Shown: in pieces, positions 21,237-46,596 of the stretch
Position numbering within the stretch: the stretch's first letter is position 1
Layout: the number at the start of each line of letters is the position of its first letter
Translations under genes and position numbers: made by a program
Notes under the pieces: model-generated
What the model was told of the DNA's origin: nothing
What the model saw: the letters and a program-made list of their open reading frames with translations, nothing else
The model's database searches: none
Source: the human T2T-CHM13v2.0 reference genome, Homo sapiens
Length of the DNA: 64,000 nt
Reading direction: 5' to 3' (one strand)
Assembly (NCBI RefSeq): GCF_009914755.1
Contig: NC_060929.1

Positions 21237-22619
21237 TATTGAAATAAATATAGGTGAATGAGTGTTGAATAAAGCAATAAATAAATTTCAGTCTGTTATT
21301 TTATCTGGCTTAGTAAGCCTAAACATGATAACAAAATATTTTATTTCTTTTTTATAAAATGCCCATTTATTATTTACAGTATTTGATACTTGCTTTGTTC
21401 ACCTAACAATATGTCATTTAAAATATGTGACCCAGCTTTCATTTTTTAAAATTTATAACATGATGTTGAGCCCTTTCTTATTTCTTTACAAATAACACAT
21501 TTTTAAAACAAATTTTGACTTATTGTGTTACACATGAAGGGAGGATGAAAGATTTTTATTCGCCTTCAGACCATGTTCTGCTTTTTAAAAAAGATATACA
21601 TCAAATTTATCAAACACTTTTATCCTTAGTCTCTCACGAGTACATCTGAAATTTTTTATTCTCCCCTATTCTTAAACTAAGTTGTGTTAGATTAAGGGAC
21701 TAGTGCCTTAAAGCCTTGATGATTTTATGTTTTACAGTTTTTTTCTTTTACAAACTCTAATCGAGAGGCCCCTATTACTTATAATTTGAGTGAAGGAATA
21801 AAATTTTGAATTTGGATGAATTATTCAGAGTTCAGGACAAAAAACCAACAACCACTCTGTGTGTCTCTAACCAAAACCAAAAAAGATATCAGCTACAAGG
21901 ACTTAGATGCTTATATAAAATCACTGGAAGAACTGGACAAGCAGAAGTAAGAGAGTCAGCACTGAAATGGTTTTGAAGGCATGTGACCACAGCTGCAGCA
22001 CAGGAATCAGGAAGCTGATGCTACTACTACTACCAAAACTGTTGCTCCCACAGTGCCCTCTCCCACCTCCAAAACTGATGGCTGCACACTGGCACAGAGT
22101 GTCTGGATGCCACAGTGGTCTCCAGTTCCCTAAGAAGGTGATGGCTAGACAGAGGAATGCTGACTTGGCTGCAAGCATTCATATCTTTCTGACCTTATTG
22201 GTGAACAGTGGAAGACCACCTTTGCCTGTATTCTAAGGCTCACGTGAAGGAATCTCATTGGCAAAACCTAATTTACATCCAGAATAATAATTCTAAGAAG
22301 TCTGGAAAATGGAGTTTTAAGCTTTCTAGACCCTGAATTTTTAAAAAATTTATAAAATGAAGTAGGAATGGATGGCATATTACAATAGCACACTGGGGAA
22401 ACATTGTTCAAAAGGCCTTGTCCTAGCACTTGAATTAATTTCTCTACTGCTTCCTGGGCTTAGCTTTCAGTGGAACAATAATTCTTTTGGCTACAAGCCA
22501 CACTGCCAATATGGAGAGAGACAGTCGTATGTTCCTTTAATAACTGCTCTGAATTGGATAACTTTTTTGACCCTATCTGTTCCTAGTGGGCAGTTGGGGC
22601 AATAGGTCAGGTCTAAGTG

Positions 22620-23070
22620 GGTGTGATATAGATGGCTACTTTAACCCAAATATACATTCTCCCCTTATTTATACATCTGATTTTAGCTGCTTATGTACGT
22701 ATGTGAGCTATGGATTATATTCTTCAACCTCTCTTGCAGCCAGGTGTCATCTTGTAACTAAATTGTAGACCGTGAGATAAAAGCACAAGTGCCATGGAGT
22801 ACCTTATGGAGATAATCTTTTTAAAAAATGAAAGCACACCCTTTCCTTCCTCTTTTTGTTGGCATGAATGCGGATGTAATGACTGCTTATTAGGCAGCTA
22901 CATTGGACAATGAAGTAAAGGCCATGTCCTGAAGATAGCAAATCAATGATGGAATGAGACTGGGTCCCAGATATCATGGAGTGCATTTTCAGCCACTAGC
23001 CTTCTTTTATATTTTGTTTAAGTCACTGTTATTATGGCTTTATCTGTAACTTCAAGCTAAATTGATATAG
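22620..23070 (+). mobile_element. Degenerate MLT1 (MaLR) LTR-like relic
   Basis: ttgcagccaggtgtcatcttgtaactaa, gactgggtcccagat, ttgttttaagtcactgttatt...tctgtaacttcaagctaaat resemble MLT1 LTR; subfamily uncertain. Confidence 0.5.
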
Positions 23071-23974
23071 AACATAGATCTATAAGTTATATAGAATATA
23101 ATTCTAGCTGATATAAGAAGTTTCTTTAATAAAGTGATATTTAAGGTAAGAGTATAAGGGTAAATAGAGAAAAATGTAAGACTTACATGCATATTTTAGA
23201 AATCAAGGTTTATTGAGAAAAAAGGGACAAAGTAAATGACTCAAGAATCAAAACAAGAATTTTTAAAAATAAGGAAAATAAGAGGAATGAATTAAAAATA
23301 TAAAAGCAAAAATTGATTAAATAGAATAAAACCACATAATATTTGACCAATTAAACAAAAAGTGATTTCTTTGAAAAAGCCAAGGATATTTTAGGTTCTA
23401 TATATAATTGATGTAGGAGACATGCACCTTTCATTTGGCTCCCTCTAAAAATGCACTAAGAAAACATGAACATATATTTTCAGAAACATAAACTTAATAA
23501 GGATGAAGAGAATAATGTAGAAGACAACAGGGAAAACTCTTAGAAGCTGGAAAACAGATGAATGATTTAGTAGACCTGACAAATCAACTACCAGTCATGA
23601 AGTGGGAAGAGCTGAGAATCGATCCTGTTCAGACTGTGGGACTAGAATAAATTCTGTTTAGATGGTGGGACATATAGAGGCATCTGAAATGTCAATCCTA
23701 GTTCCTCATGCCAAATAAGAAGGATTGTGTTAAAGATTCCTGTAAAGCAGTTAAATCTCTAGCAGTTAGATCACATTTCCCCATTCCAGTCACTGAGTAA
23801 CCTACCTACCCCCTTGACCCTAACATAAGTCTGGAGTTTTATTTTCTGAAGAGCGCAAAAAGGAGGGTTATTATATGAGAGGTTCTGCCAACAAAATGGA
23901 GGTCATGGGTAATATGGGTAGCAAAAGTAAGTAACCATCTAAATATTGAATTCTGGTTGATTGTTAAAATGCTG

Positions 23975-24600
<626 letters not shown>

Positions 24601-24779
24601 GCAAAACTGTACTCCTCTTCACCCACTTAATCCTTCACCTTTTTCAATCTATATCTTTTCCTTTTGGATAGGGGATTTCAAAGAGTGTGGTAATCTGGCC
24701 AGTCCAACCGGAAAGACCTAATCACACTGACACTGAGGTTTCCCCATCCATCAGTGCTCCCAGTTCACTTTAGAATGAA

Positions 24780-27330
24780 AAATCAAGGTGGACAAGAATT
24801 ATCAAACTACTCAGAGCCATCACTCAGCTCTGTAGTCTCCCAAACTAAATTAAGAACAAACACGTGAAGAAAGTTTCTGAAAAGGCATACAGAAGTTAAA
24901 GAAAAGCAAAGAGTAAAAAGGTAACTTGGAGAAAATGGAAAGTCTGCAGCAAGAAGAAAACTTGGTGGAAAAGCGATTATTAATATCATCAGATGAAAAA
25001 AGAAGTTATTGCATCTAAGAAATAAGCCCAAAAGAGAGCTCTTTAAATAGAAGAGACAAGTCTAGGAAAATACTAACCTAATAAAGAAATAAAAATCTCA
25101 ATATAAGGGCTCGAAGATAAAGTTCAGAAAATGTTCTAGAAAATACTGCAAAAATATTTTACAATGGCAAGTAGGAGAGAAAAAAAATAAAGAAATTAGA
25201 GAACCATACCAGAAGTCTAACATCTGAATTACAGAAATTCTAAAAATGAAATGGGAGTTGGATTATAAATGAAATAGTTTAAAGAGATTTCTAAGAGCAG
25301 GAGAAAATTAGTTTTCTAGATGAAATGTCTCATCAATTATACTGTGCAATGGATGGAAAATAACCCCAAACCAAAACATACAATTGTTTAATTTTAAAGT
25401 GCTTGGGACAATGAAAAAACACTATAACAAAAAATAAAAATATAGGTCACATATGGAAGATAAGAAATAAGATTAGCTTTAGACTTCTTTGCAAACAGAT
25501 TGGTTTGGAAAGCTCATTGACAAAACAAAAATTCAGAAGAAAAATTATTTTCAACCTAAAACTCTATATTTAGTCAAACTACTAATCAAGTTTGAGGGTA
25601 GAATAAAGACATCTTAGTACATTTAAGATCACAAAAACATTTAACTCTGAAACACCCTTCTCCGAAAACTACTGGAAGGTATCTATCAAAATGAGAACCT
25701 AATTCAAGACAGGAGAAGACAGAAGAAACAGAAACTAGAAGATCCAAAACAGGACAGAAGTGAAATGAATCTCCAGGTGATGCTGAAGGATGATCCAAGG
25801 ATGACAACTGAGCATAATGAACAACTAGTCCAGTAAGGAGCTGTTTGACTCAAGAGACAGAGATTTTGAAGGATATCATTAGCAATCCTCTTAACATTGT
25901 ATCATCTTTTCAATCATATGAACCTATTGGAGGATGTGTTCTAGTAATGCCATAGAGTAAACTGAAAAAGGGCAAGTTATAAAATCCCAGAAATAGCAAA
26001 CACATCCAGAATAAAAGGCAAAGAATTCCAAGAATGACAGCAAAGAAAAAAATCCAGAATGATAGCTGTGCAGTAGGCACAGAAAGCAACCACCCAATTT
26101 AAAGAAAAATTGAAGTCTCAGGAGGAATGGAAATGACTATGGGGAAAATTGCACTGACAGGCAATTGTATCTGTGGGATGAATAAGTGATAGGGATAAAA
26201 AAAATCAAGTAAATGAAAAGGCAAGATAATTATTAAAATCACAAAAAAATTGAAAAAGAAAACATAATTAATACACAATAATGTTCCCAATATATGGTAA
26301 GTAAAAGAAAATCTAAAATACCTAAAATGTAATCTAACATAATAAACAGTCAATTGATAATTTCTAAAATTAATTAATCAAAATATATCAGAAAACAGAT
26401 TAGTGACTGAAGAGATAACTAAAAGAGTTTTAAAATGGCTACCTCTTAGAAGGGGAACTAAGAAAAGTGAGGAGGAAAAGGGCAGAACAAGCCTCTTAGT
26501 GCTATTTAATTTTGGACCAAGGTCATATATTATTTTGAAAAAAATGCATTTCAAAATATCAGTAAAGTAGAGCTCTTGCAAGTCTCACCAAGAATAAAAA
26601 GGAGTTAAAATGCTAAACATCACTAATAAAAATAGGGATACAATTAAAGGTAAATAACGCAATGAAAACAATTCCAAGAAATTTGCAAACTAGATAAAAT
26701 GATTTTCAAAATAAAATGCAAGTTACTTAAAAATACAAAACCTGAACAGATTAATAACCAAAGGTAAAATGTAAATGGTAGTCACTGATCTACTGCAAGT
26801 GAAGTCACCAAACCCAACCAGTTTAAAAGACAAGCTGGAATTAAGCATGTAGAAACATATAATAATATAATTATTAAAACTATTGTATAAAATAGATAAA
26901 AAGCTCCCTAACACATTCTATGATGCCAGTATAATAGTTTAATACCAAGGCCATAAAAGGCAAACACGCACTAGGTAAACAACATTAACTAGAAAAATCC
27001 TAAAACCATGTTGACACATCATATCTATCTGTGCACTAAAACAATAATACATTATGGTTAAATGTCATTTATATCAATAACTCAGTAATTTAGAAACTAA
27101 AGAATAAATGTATTATTTCAACAGCTATCAAAAATCACTTCAAAATATGAAAGAATAAAAAGAAAACTTTATTGATTCAAAAAAGGAATATTTACCCCAA
27201 ATTGAGATCAACCATCATAGTTGAAGATGAAATGCTAGAAGCACTTCCACAAATGCAAGATTGACCAACTTGCTACTACTAATTTTAAGAGTATTCATTG
27301 GACATTGGAGATTCTAGTCACTGAAATTAT
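24780..27330 (+). mobile_element. Highly degraded ancient L1 (L1ME-like) ORF1/ORF2 fragments
   Basis: Very A-rich + strand with L1-like motifs (ttttcaacctaaaactctatat, aacctgaacagattaataacc, acattctatgatgccagtata, attggagattctagtca). Confidence 0.5.
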
Positions 27331-27889
27331 AGAGGAACAATAATTTCTTATGTAATACTTAAATCAGGTGAAGGATGAAGGTTGGGTTTGGGGGAGGCAT
27401 AAAGTGTTCCAAGAAATATCACAGGTAAAGAGTTAAGACCTGGAAAGTGGAATAATTGTTTAATTCACAAGAAATTGGGAAAAGGGTCAATTATTCTGCC
27501 ATATTCACATTATTATTGTTAAATACTTTACAAATAAATAAAATGTCCCCAACCAATATTTGTTGACTTCAAGGAGGAGGTTTCATTTTCTCATATATAT
27601 TTTTACTATCCATTTTTAAAATAGGAGATTTTCTTAGGATTTCGGTGGGGAGTCAGAGTTTAGTTTCATGCTCCTAGATTTAAGAAGACTATAAATTAAT
27701 TCTTCTACGAATCCAGATTATCACAGGGGAAAACGACATCAGCTATTACTTACTAGCATTACTGTGACCATTTGAGGATAAAGATGGAATGAAACAGCAA
27801 AGATACCGGGGACAAATCATTCTTGTTGCAGAATTCCTTCAATCCGCCATCTTTTTGTTCTAGTCTTGATAACGGGAATAACATCCACA

Positions 27890-27911
27890 AAACGCAAGGT
27901 GGCGCTGCTGG
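27890..27911 (+). promoter_or_regulatory. PCDHB7 promoter CSE / CTCF site
   Basis: aaacgcaaGGTGGCGCTGCtgg, 259 bp upstream of the ATG. Confidence 0.88.
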
Positions 27912-28036
27912 CTAAAAAGAGAGAGAGAAAAATAATTTCACAAAGAAAGGATGTTACAGATTCCAGAGCAAAGAGGCAATCTGAAGAGAAAAGCATAGGA
28001 AAGGAAACAGTGGTAATAGGAATTGGGGTAAAATGA

Positions 28037-30538
<2,502 letters not shown>

Positions 30539-31949
30539 TAAAGAATGTAAACTAAATCCGCGTCTGTGAATACGTTTCTGATTAGGAACTTATTGCGAGG
30601 TTCCCTTAAGGGAGTGTCTTTACATCATTTCAAATATGTACTCTTGAAGTCAAGCAATAAATTTCTATACATAAAATAGGATCCTGATTTAGTATCAAGA
30701 ACCCTTCACAAAGCATGAAATGTATATGTGTAATGTTTTATGTCAAACAATTATGCTTAATATACAGTCTATTAAATGTAAGTCTTGTTTGAGATATTTT
30801 AAATTGCTTTCCATTGTTTTCAATCTCTACTGAGACTTCCTGAGTTGATTAGAAAGCTGTATGAGTGTACCTACCCTAGTCTCAGAAGCATAGACTGTAG
30901 AGTATCTTTTTAAGCATTTTTAAAAAATGCTTTTAATGCATCATACACTATTTTAACACTTTTAATCTGAGAAGAAGCATATGAGGCATGGTATTTTAGG
31001 AATGAACAAATAGATGGTCTTAGAGATTCAGTAAGTTCACTAAGTTCCACTAACTAATAAGTGACAAAACTGAGCATCCATCCCAGATCTGTCTGACTCT
31101 GGGTCAGTGACCCTGCTCCGATTCCATACTGTTTTCTGTCATTAGATATCACCTGGCAAGTTTCTGCCTAATTAAGGAGAAGTCTTTTATCATATTTATA
31201 CTGCTGTCCAATCTTTTCTATATTTAGAAATAATAATGTACATATTTATCTATGGTTTTATTTTCTTATACACCAAAAGTCCTGCTTTTCTGGGTCAATT
31301 TTCAACTATTATTACTAATGCTCTGATCTGTCCAAACTCAAGCGGAAAACAAAATTGAAAGGGCAACCTGTGCCTTCTCCTTTCTTCAGAACATATGACT
31401 TTCATTTCCCAGAAAAAAGATTAATGGTCCTGAGTAGGAATATTACATAATTTTGATTGCATCATTAGTTAATTATTTTCTTCATATTGTAGATTTTCTG
31501 CAGTCACCCATACTTAACATTTGTAATACATTTTCCTGATTTGAAAGTTTGTTTTTAAAAGTTTTCTATTAATTATAGTGCACTATTGAATCAGGAAAAT
31601 TTAAGAAAAAGAATAGTTAGTTTTAAATGCATAATATCAAAGAGAATCATAGATGATCATTAAATTTTTAGAAATTCTCGGAAGTTAAGGAGAAGCACTG
31701 TTTTTTATAAAAATTTACAACTGATTTTTATTTTTAAAATATCTAGATAATTTTTGCATGGTTGCATTCTGAAAATATTATAAACTAGTGCTGGTAACTC
31801 TAATAAAGGTAGTATTACTATATATCACTGGTGGGATAGAATCTAGAGGCAAAAAAACCTCACAGCAGTAAAATCTTAAAATGCTTTCATGGTCTTAGGG
31901 TAAAATTATCTAATTTCTCCAACAAATAAATAGCATGAAAAACAGGAGG

Positions 31950-32355
31950 AGAGAAGTCTACAGTAGGAAAGATCTTACGAGATCTACCAATCAAACGTAA
32001 TGTGTGGATCTTGTCTGGATCTTCATTCAAACATCAGCAATGACTTTGAAACACTTGGAAGAGTTTGAATATAGATGGGTATTAAGTAATATTAACTGAA
32101 TTTTTTAGGTATAATAATGGCATTGTACTTAAGGGTATTTTTAGAGTCACTTAAAGTTATTATGCATTTAAAGAAATGTACAATGAAGTATTTGTGGGTG
32201 AAAATTCAGTTTGTCTGGAACGTAAAGATGTTGGAGGGATAGCGTCAAGAATTATGGCAAGACATTGATAATAGTTGATGCTAGTACTGAGTAATTGCAG
32301 GTTAATTTTACTCCTCTCCTTTTATGAGATATGAAAAATATCAAAATAAAAGCTT
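31950..32355 (+). mobile_element. Old L1 (L1MC/ME-like) 3'-end fragment
   Basis: aatgtgtggatcttgtctggatc, tttgaatatagatgggtattaagtaatatta, tggcaagacattgataatagttga. Confidence 0.55.
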
Positions 32356-32649
32356 TTTAAAATTGATGCTATTAGAAGAGAAATAGAGGTAACAAAAAAG
32401 GACACGCTTCCCCAGAAATAAAATCACCACTGCTGTTACACATTTTGTCTCTATTTAGACAAGCTCTCCAGCCTTTCCCTGTTTACCTTCACTGTTTGAC
32501 ATAACTTCTCTACCTGAGATAGTCATGTTCCTGTACTATTCTACCATGTAATTTTGAGGTGTTTTTCTAGTTATAGCAATGGATTTATGCAGAGTCACCT
32601 ACCTGGTGGTATCAAATTGCCATATACCGGGTACATAGTTTATTTTTAA

Positions 32650-32800
32650 GCTTAATCTCTCTTTGAATCAGTTTCCTCATGTGTAAGGTGGGGAAATCAC
32701 AACAGCCCTATGTGGTAGGTGCTATTATTATCCTCATTTTACAGATGAGGAAATTAAAGCAGAGAGATTAAATAATTTGTTCGAGGTTCACAGCTACTAA
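32650..32800. mobile_element. Two oppositely oriented MIR fragments
   Basis: MIR core cagtttcctcatgtgtaaggtgggga (+) followed by tcctcattttacagatgaggaaatt...cacagcta (-). Confidence 0.7.
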
Positions 32801-33100
32801 TTATTCCTATGGTTCATGGAAATAAAACTATAAAGATCTAAATGTTGCCCATGTTAACTACTATTATATTTGAAATTCTTTTTGCCAAGCTAGACTGTTA
32901 CCTAAATATTTCCTTTTTGCCCAAAACTCAGTTAGCATTGTTGAAAGACTAACGCAATTTCTCCTTCGGGCAGTTGTCTGCTCAGTAACGTCCGGCGATA
33001 TTAACCGTGGTGTTGTAACTTTACATAGTCCCAGGGTACATACAGGCAGAGTTGGGAATATTACATCTATTATCATCCCACAAAATGTAAGATCCTGTGA

Positions 33101-33122
33101 GGACCCGTGGTGGCGCTGCAGG
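33101..33122 (+). promoter_or_regulatory. PCDHB8 promoter CSE / CTCF site
   Basis: ggacccgtGGTGGCGCTGCAGG, 247 bp upstream of the ATG. Confidence 0.88.
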
Positions 33123-33277
33123 ATAAGAAGGCACAAACCAGAACCGCAGCTGCAGCTCCATTAACCGGCAAAAAGCAGCAGAACCTGGAAGTCCACGGGG
33201 AGCTTGGATGCCAAAGGGAGGACGGCTGGGTCCTCTGGAGAGGACTACTCACTGGCATATTTCTGAGGTATCTGTAG

Positions 33278-35761
<2,484 letters not shown>

Positions 35762-36190
35762 TTGATTTCATATTATATATTTTAATTTTTATGATCAATT
35801 CAAAGGAATGGTTTTCTGTCAACTTAGCATAAATTTTAAATTACACTACATTTGCCCATAGTATTTGTCTTGTTTTCACTGTTTTAAAAAATGATATCTC
35901 ATCTTCTCTTCATTAGTATATCCAGTGGACTCTAATCATAATTCTTTAACAGTGCAATTTTTGTTAAAATGTACATAGTAAAATGCACAGATCTGAAGTG
36001 AAGAAATTAATGTAACTGATCTTTTTAAGCCTTTATTTTTTGATTTCTAATCTAGGTAAAATTTAGTTAAAAGTGGTGTAGAGAATGTTTTACATTTATT
36101 GCCTTTTAAATGTTTCCCCAAGTCCTAAGGGAGTTGACATATTATCCCCTTTTTTAAATATGAGAAAACTGAGGCTTAGAAAGGTAACTT

Positions 36191-36485
36191 GGCTGTGAGC
36201 TGTGGCTCACACCTGTAATCATAACACTTTGAGAGGCTGAGGCAAGCTGAACCCTTTGAGCTCAGTAGTTCAAGACCAGCCTGGGCAATGGGGCAAAACA
36301 CTGACACTAACAAAAATACAAAAATTAGCCAGGTGTGATTGCGAACCTGTAGTCCCAGCTACTCAGGAGGCTGAGGTAAGAGGATCCCCTGAGCCCAGGA
36401 GACAGAGACTACAGTGAGCCAAGATTGTGCCATTGCACTCCAGGCTGGGTGACAGAGTGAGACCTCATTCCCCCCCACAAAAAAC
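36191..36485 (+). mobile_element. AluJ element, preceded by a MIR fragment (~36120-36190)
   Basis: tgtggctcacacctgtaatc...gaggatcccctgagcccagga (AluJ-type diagnostics), highly diverged. Confidence 0.85.
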
Positions 36486-36914
36486 GATTAACTTTCTTAT
36501 AATTCTGAAATAATAAAGGTAAAAATTTAAAATATAATCTAAGTCTAGCCAATATGCTATATGGTCAGGCATTAACTGATAGCATTGTTTTTCTAACTAA
36601 GGAAGTGAAATTTATGTTATTCCTACTCCTACTCCATGAACTAAACTCTCATGTGAAAATATAAGTTTTAGTTTATAGTTTGTTTATACTACTCTGCACA
36701 AATATACCCATGTTCTTATCAAAGCTCTAAGTATGCTGGGACAGATACTACAAATGAACTTTATGATGAGCGAATTAACCTGATTTATAGTCCTGTACTT
36801 TCTCTACGTGCCATATCCATTATTAAAGAAATGAGTCTAAGTAGGAAGTAGAGTTAACCTATAGTTTCATTTCTTGAATTTCTTATTCTCTTTCTTCAGT
36901 CTTTTTCAGTTAAC

Positions 36915-36916
<2 letters not shown>

Positions 36917-36953
<37 letters not shown>
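36917..36953. repeat. (AC)n microsatellite, ~18 units
   Basis: Perfect AC run read directly. Confidence 0.95.
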
Positions 36954-36956
<3 letters not shown>

Positions 36957-37627
36957 GTTTATAAGTGGGATGGGAGAACGGGTACGGTGATAATTAAAAG
37001 AGGTAAGGTTTCTCTTGAGATGAAAATGTTCTAAAATTGTGATGGCGGATGCACACCTCTGAATATATTAAAAGCCATTGAAATGAAAAAAGGGTGGGGG
37101 GAATCCAAAAGTGTAGCAGACCCAACCTTGAGATTTGCTTGTTTGGGAATGAATTTTCCAATAACTTGAAAGTTGTAAAAACTCACACTTCTCAGGGTTA
37201 GGTGTCAGAAAGAAAAGGAAGTAATTTATTCTTTAATAAAGCAATTGTTAAATACTCTTTAGAACTACCACTGATTGCAATTTTGCAGTGTCTACTCATA
37301 GTGTCTATATAGGTACCATGAAAAAGATGTACTTGTGAAACTGTTCTCATGTTACTTCAGAAAAATTTTGCTTCTAAGTGTGTATTCTATGTCTGGTTAA
37401 ATGTTCATTGAATTTTATTTAATCATTAATCTCAACAGCATTAAACAGTCAATAACATAAATGACAGTCTTCTCTTTGTACTCCTCCCTGTACAACATCA
37501 CAGAGCTCCATCTGTATACACGAAAGTCACATGAAAATAGAACTCAGTGTTTTGTATTACATAGTCTATTCAGTACATTTAGAAGTATTTTGCCTCCAAT
37601 ATTCAACCACAGTAAAAGACTCAGTGA

Positions 37628-37649
37628 GAACGCGTGGTGGCGCTGCAGG
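37628..37649 (+). promoter_or_regulatory. PCDHB16 promoter CSE / CTCF site
   Basis: gaacgcgtGGTGGCGCTGCAGG, 239 bp upstream of the ATG. Confidence 0.9.
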
Positions 37650-37841
37650 TTAAGATGACGGAAAATACAACTGCCTACGCAGCTCCAGGATCCAGCAAAC
37701 CGTTTCCCAAAGCCTGGAAGCAAAAGAATAGCTGAGCCAGAGCGAACGTGAGTGTGAAACCTCTTTAAGACACCGTTGGGCTGCTTGGTTCTGACATTCT
37801 GGACTGCAAAACAGTTCTACTAGGATCCTGGGGATACATGA

Positions 37842-40205
<2,364 letters not shown>

Positions 40206-40602
40206 GGCACTAGGAAAGAAATAGATTAAAATTCCACCCTTCACAATAGCTTTGGATTTAATTATTGATAGGAACCCATTTGATAAATTCCTTAACTTCT
40301 TATGATTGTCTTGTTGATTAAATTGTTCATGCTCACCACCACCAATAAGGTATTTTTCTCTGATTGTTAGTTCAAATTATATTGTTAATTCCAGTTTCCC
40401 TTTTCCTCATATTTACCCCGAAGAGGTGTTGCATATAGAATCCCAATTAACAAAATATACTTTATCTTCAAAGTTGATGTCATTTAAAATTTTTCCGTCT
40501 TTATATTTTATTTACTTCCTATTCATTTTTTGCTCCATTTTTCATGTTACTTCTCAGTTTCCTAGAACTTCAAGTATTAAAATAACCTGTTGCATGTATT
40601 AG

Positions 40603-41017
<415 letters not shown>

Positions 41018-42390
41018 AAAGTTTTATTTATTTATTTTTTTGAGATGGAGTCTCGTAAAGTTACCTTTAAAAAAAAAGTTCTATTTTCCCTGTATTGGTA
41101 TCTCCTTAAATAAAATAAAATATTCCTATTGTAAGTGATATGAGAAATCTTTAACCAGCCTTATCTAAAAATAAAAAGAGAAGCCATTGTAAGACATTCA
41201 GTATGTGTAAATGTGTTTGTGTTTGTAGACAAAAGGCAAAGGTATTATGTAAAAATATTTAATAATTTATTCTTTCTATTACTGAATTAAAAAATCAGAG
41301 GTCCCTGTTATATTTTTAATGGCTAACAACTCAATCTCATTAAGTTGGAAAAAAAACTTATCAAAGAGACATTTACATGGTTTGGCTTTTATATTCATCA
41401 TAGTATACATTGGCGGTATCTAGCCCTTTCTCTGTAAAATATCCCTATGTTTAATCTGTATTTCTTGCTTATTATATGTAAAGTTGAGCTTCTTTCTAGA
41501 TATTAGGCCTTTGAATAAAATTCTATGTGAGTCAGATTTAATAATTTGTTTTCACTTTCAATAGTGTTAGGATAGGTGTTAGTTTGATCTGTTCTTTACC
41601 TCCGCTTATTTGGTTCAGAGAAATTAGGGCCTACTAGATTTCCACTAAAAGGGACTTGAAAATAAAGGTCAGTCCCTTCTTTAATTCTGCAAGTTACTTT
41701 AAAGCTAATCTAAGAAAAAAAAAAACAAATTGCAAAGTATGAGTAAATTAAAGAAAACAATTTTCAAATGGCAGAGATCGAAAGGCACTGAATTTTGTTT
41801 CATGTCCTACTCACTAGTTTATTTATGCATGCCTTAATATAGCCAGCATTTAGTGAGTGGCTAATTTGCCAACCAAAGATGACTAAGACATAGTTGTTCT
41901 CAAGTAGTTCACACATTGATGAAGGGGCAAACTGGCCTGAAACAAGAAGCAATAATATTTATAGAGTAAACATAGTTGTATGCATAAGTTTTAGAGAAGC
42001 ACAATGGAAAGACAGCCTAATGCTTGGTTCTGGACTACAGAGCGGTGATTCTAGTTAGGCAATCTGAGATCTTGAAGACATTTGTTGAAGAAGATGTGAA
42101 ACAAGTTTTTTTTATTGTTGTTAATTTTTGGTGTTCCTATGCCCAAAGCTTTTGAGACAGTGAAATTGATTATTTTGGTGGTTCCAGAAGGCACCCACAA
42201 TTTTCCCTTTGTTTGCGTAAGAGTTGTGTCAGAGGCGAAAGGCCTAACACAGCTAAATCTAACACAGAGTTGAACAGGGTTACTGCTAGAAACATTTTTT
42301 CAACTGTTCAATTTTTATCTTTTCTCATGAAGCAATGAAGAATTTTTAAATAAACACAAAAATTGGGCACAGCCATTTGACTGTGTTGGA

Positions 42391-42412
42391 AGCCACAAGG
42401 TGGCGCTGCAGA
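42391..42412 (+). promoter_or_regulatory. PCDHB9 promoter CSE / CTCF site
   Basis: agccacaaGGTGGCGCTGCAGa, 234 bp upstream of the ATG. Confidence 0.88.
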
Positions 42413-42602
42413 CTGAAGAGACGGAGGAACAAAATTGACCAGAATGCTACGGAAGTCCTTGACAAAAAGGAAACACTGAGACAGATGGGCTGAGAAGAAG
42501 AGCTGTCGAGTCCCTGATTGGGAAAGGAAAAATTAAAAACCCTAGATCTCTGGTACACATAAGTCTGGGTTTGCGATTGCTATTTGTGCTGGGGCAGTGT
42601 GA

Positions 42603-45026
<2,424 letters not shown>

Positions 45027-45394
45027 AAGGAACCCACTTAATAAAGACATTTACTTCTTTAATATATTCTTGTTGGCTAACTAAATTGTGTATGCCCACC
45101 ACAAAGAAGGTACTATTTTTTGTTTGATTCATCTTCAACTTTGCGTATTATGCTTAACTTCACAAGTTAACTTTTTCTTATTTTGTATCCTGATGAGGCA
45201 TTTCTTACTAGAATCCCATAAGTGAAATATAATATTTTTCAAAGTTGATATCATTTAAAAATTTTTGGTCGTTTTAAATGTCTTTATTGACTTTAAATTC
45301 ATTGCCTCTACATTATTCATTAGTTCTTCTTTTCCTAAAACTTTTTACTTGTTAAAATAGTCTGCTGCATGTAATATGTGCTTTTACTATTTGA

Positions 45395-45788
<394 letters not shown>

Positions 45789-46285
45789 TACAATAATTTT
45801 CTTAAACTTTACCTTTTATTTTAAAGTTCTAGTTTCCCGGCATTGATAGTTCCCTATTTGAAATATAATGTTTCTCTTGTAAGTGATATGATAAATAAAC
45901 CCCTAATTAGCCTTAGAAGAAAAACCACTGCAAGATATTGAGCGTGTGTAAATGGGCTTTAGTTTGGAAACCAAAAAAAAAAAAAAAATTTAGTCATTCT
46001 ATAGGATCATGTGAAAATATTTAATTTGCTCCTTTTAATTCTGTATAAACAAATCAGAGGTTCCTGAGGTTCCTGTTAAATTTTTAATGGCTAATAGCCC
46101 AGTGCCATCCAGTTGAAAAAACAACAGCAATCACAAAGTAGAGGTTTATATTGTGCGGCTTTTATATTCAGCTATTAGAGTGTTATTGGTAGTGTCTAGC
46201 CTTTTCCTCCACGACATTCCTTGACTTAATCCATTTGGGCCTATTATAGACAAAATAGAGCTTCTTTCTAGATATAAGGTCTTTG

Positions 46286-46596
<311 letters not shown>

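Noticed and set aside
21921-22330. Overlapping short ORFs with Leu/Pro-rich or Ser-rich stretches
   Set aside because: No recognisable domain or splice context; sequence resembles a decayed LTR-type repeat.
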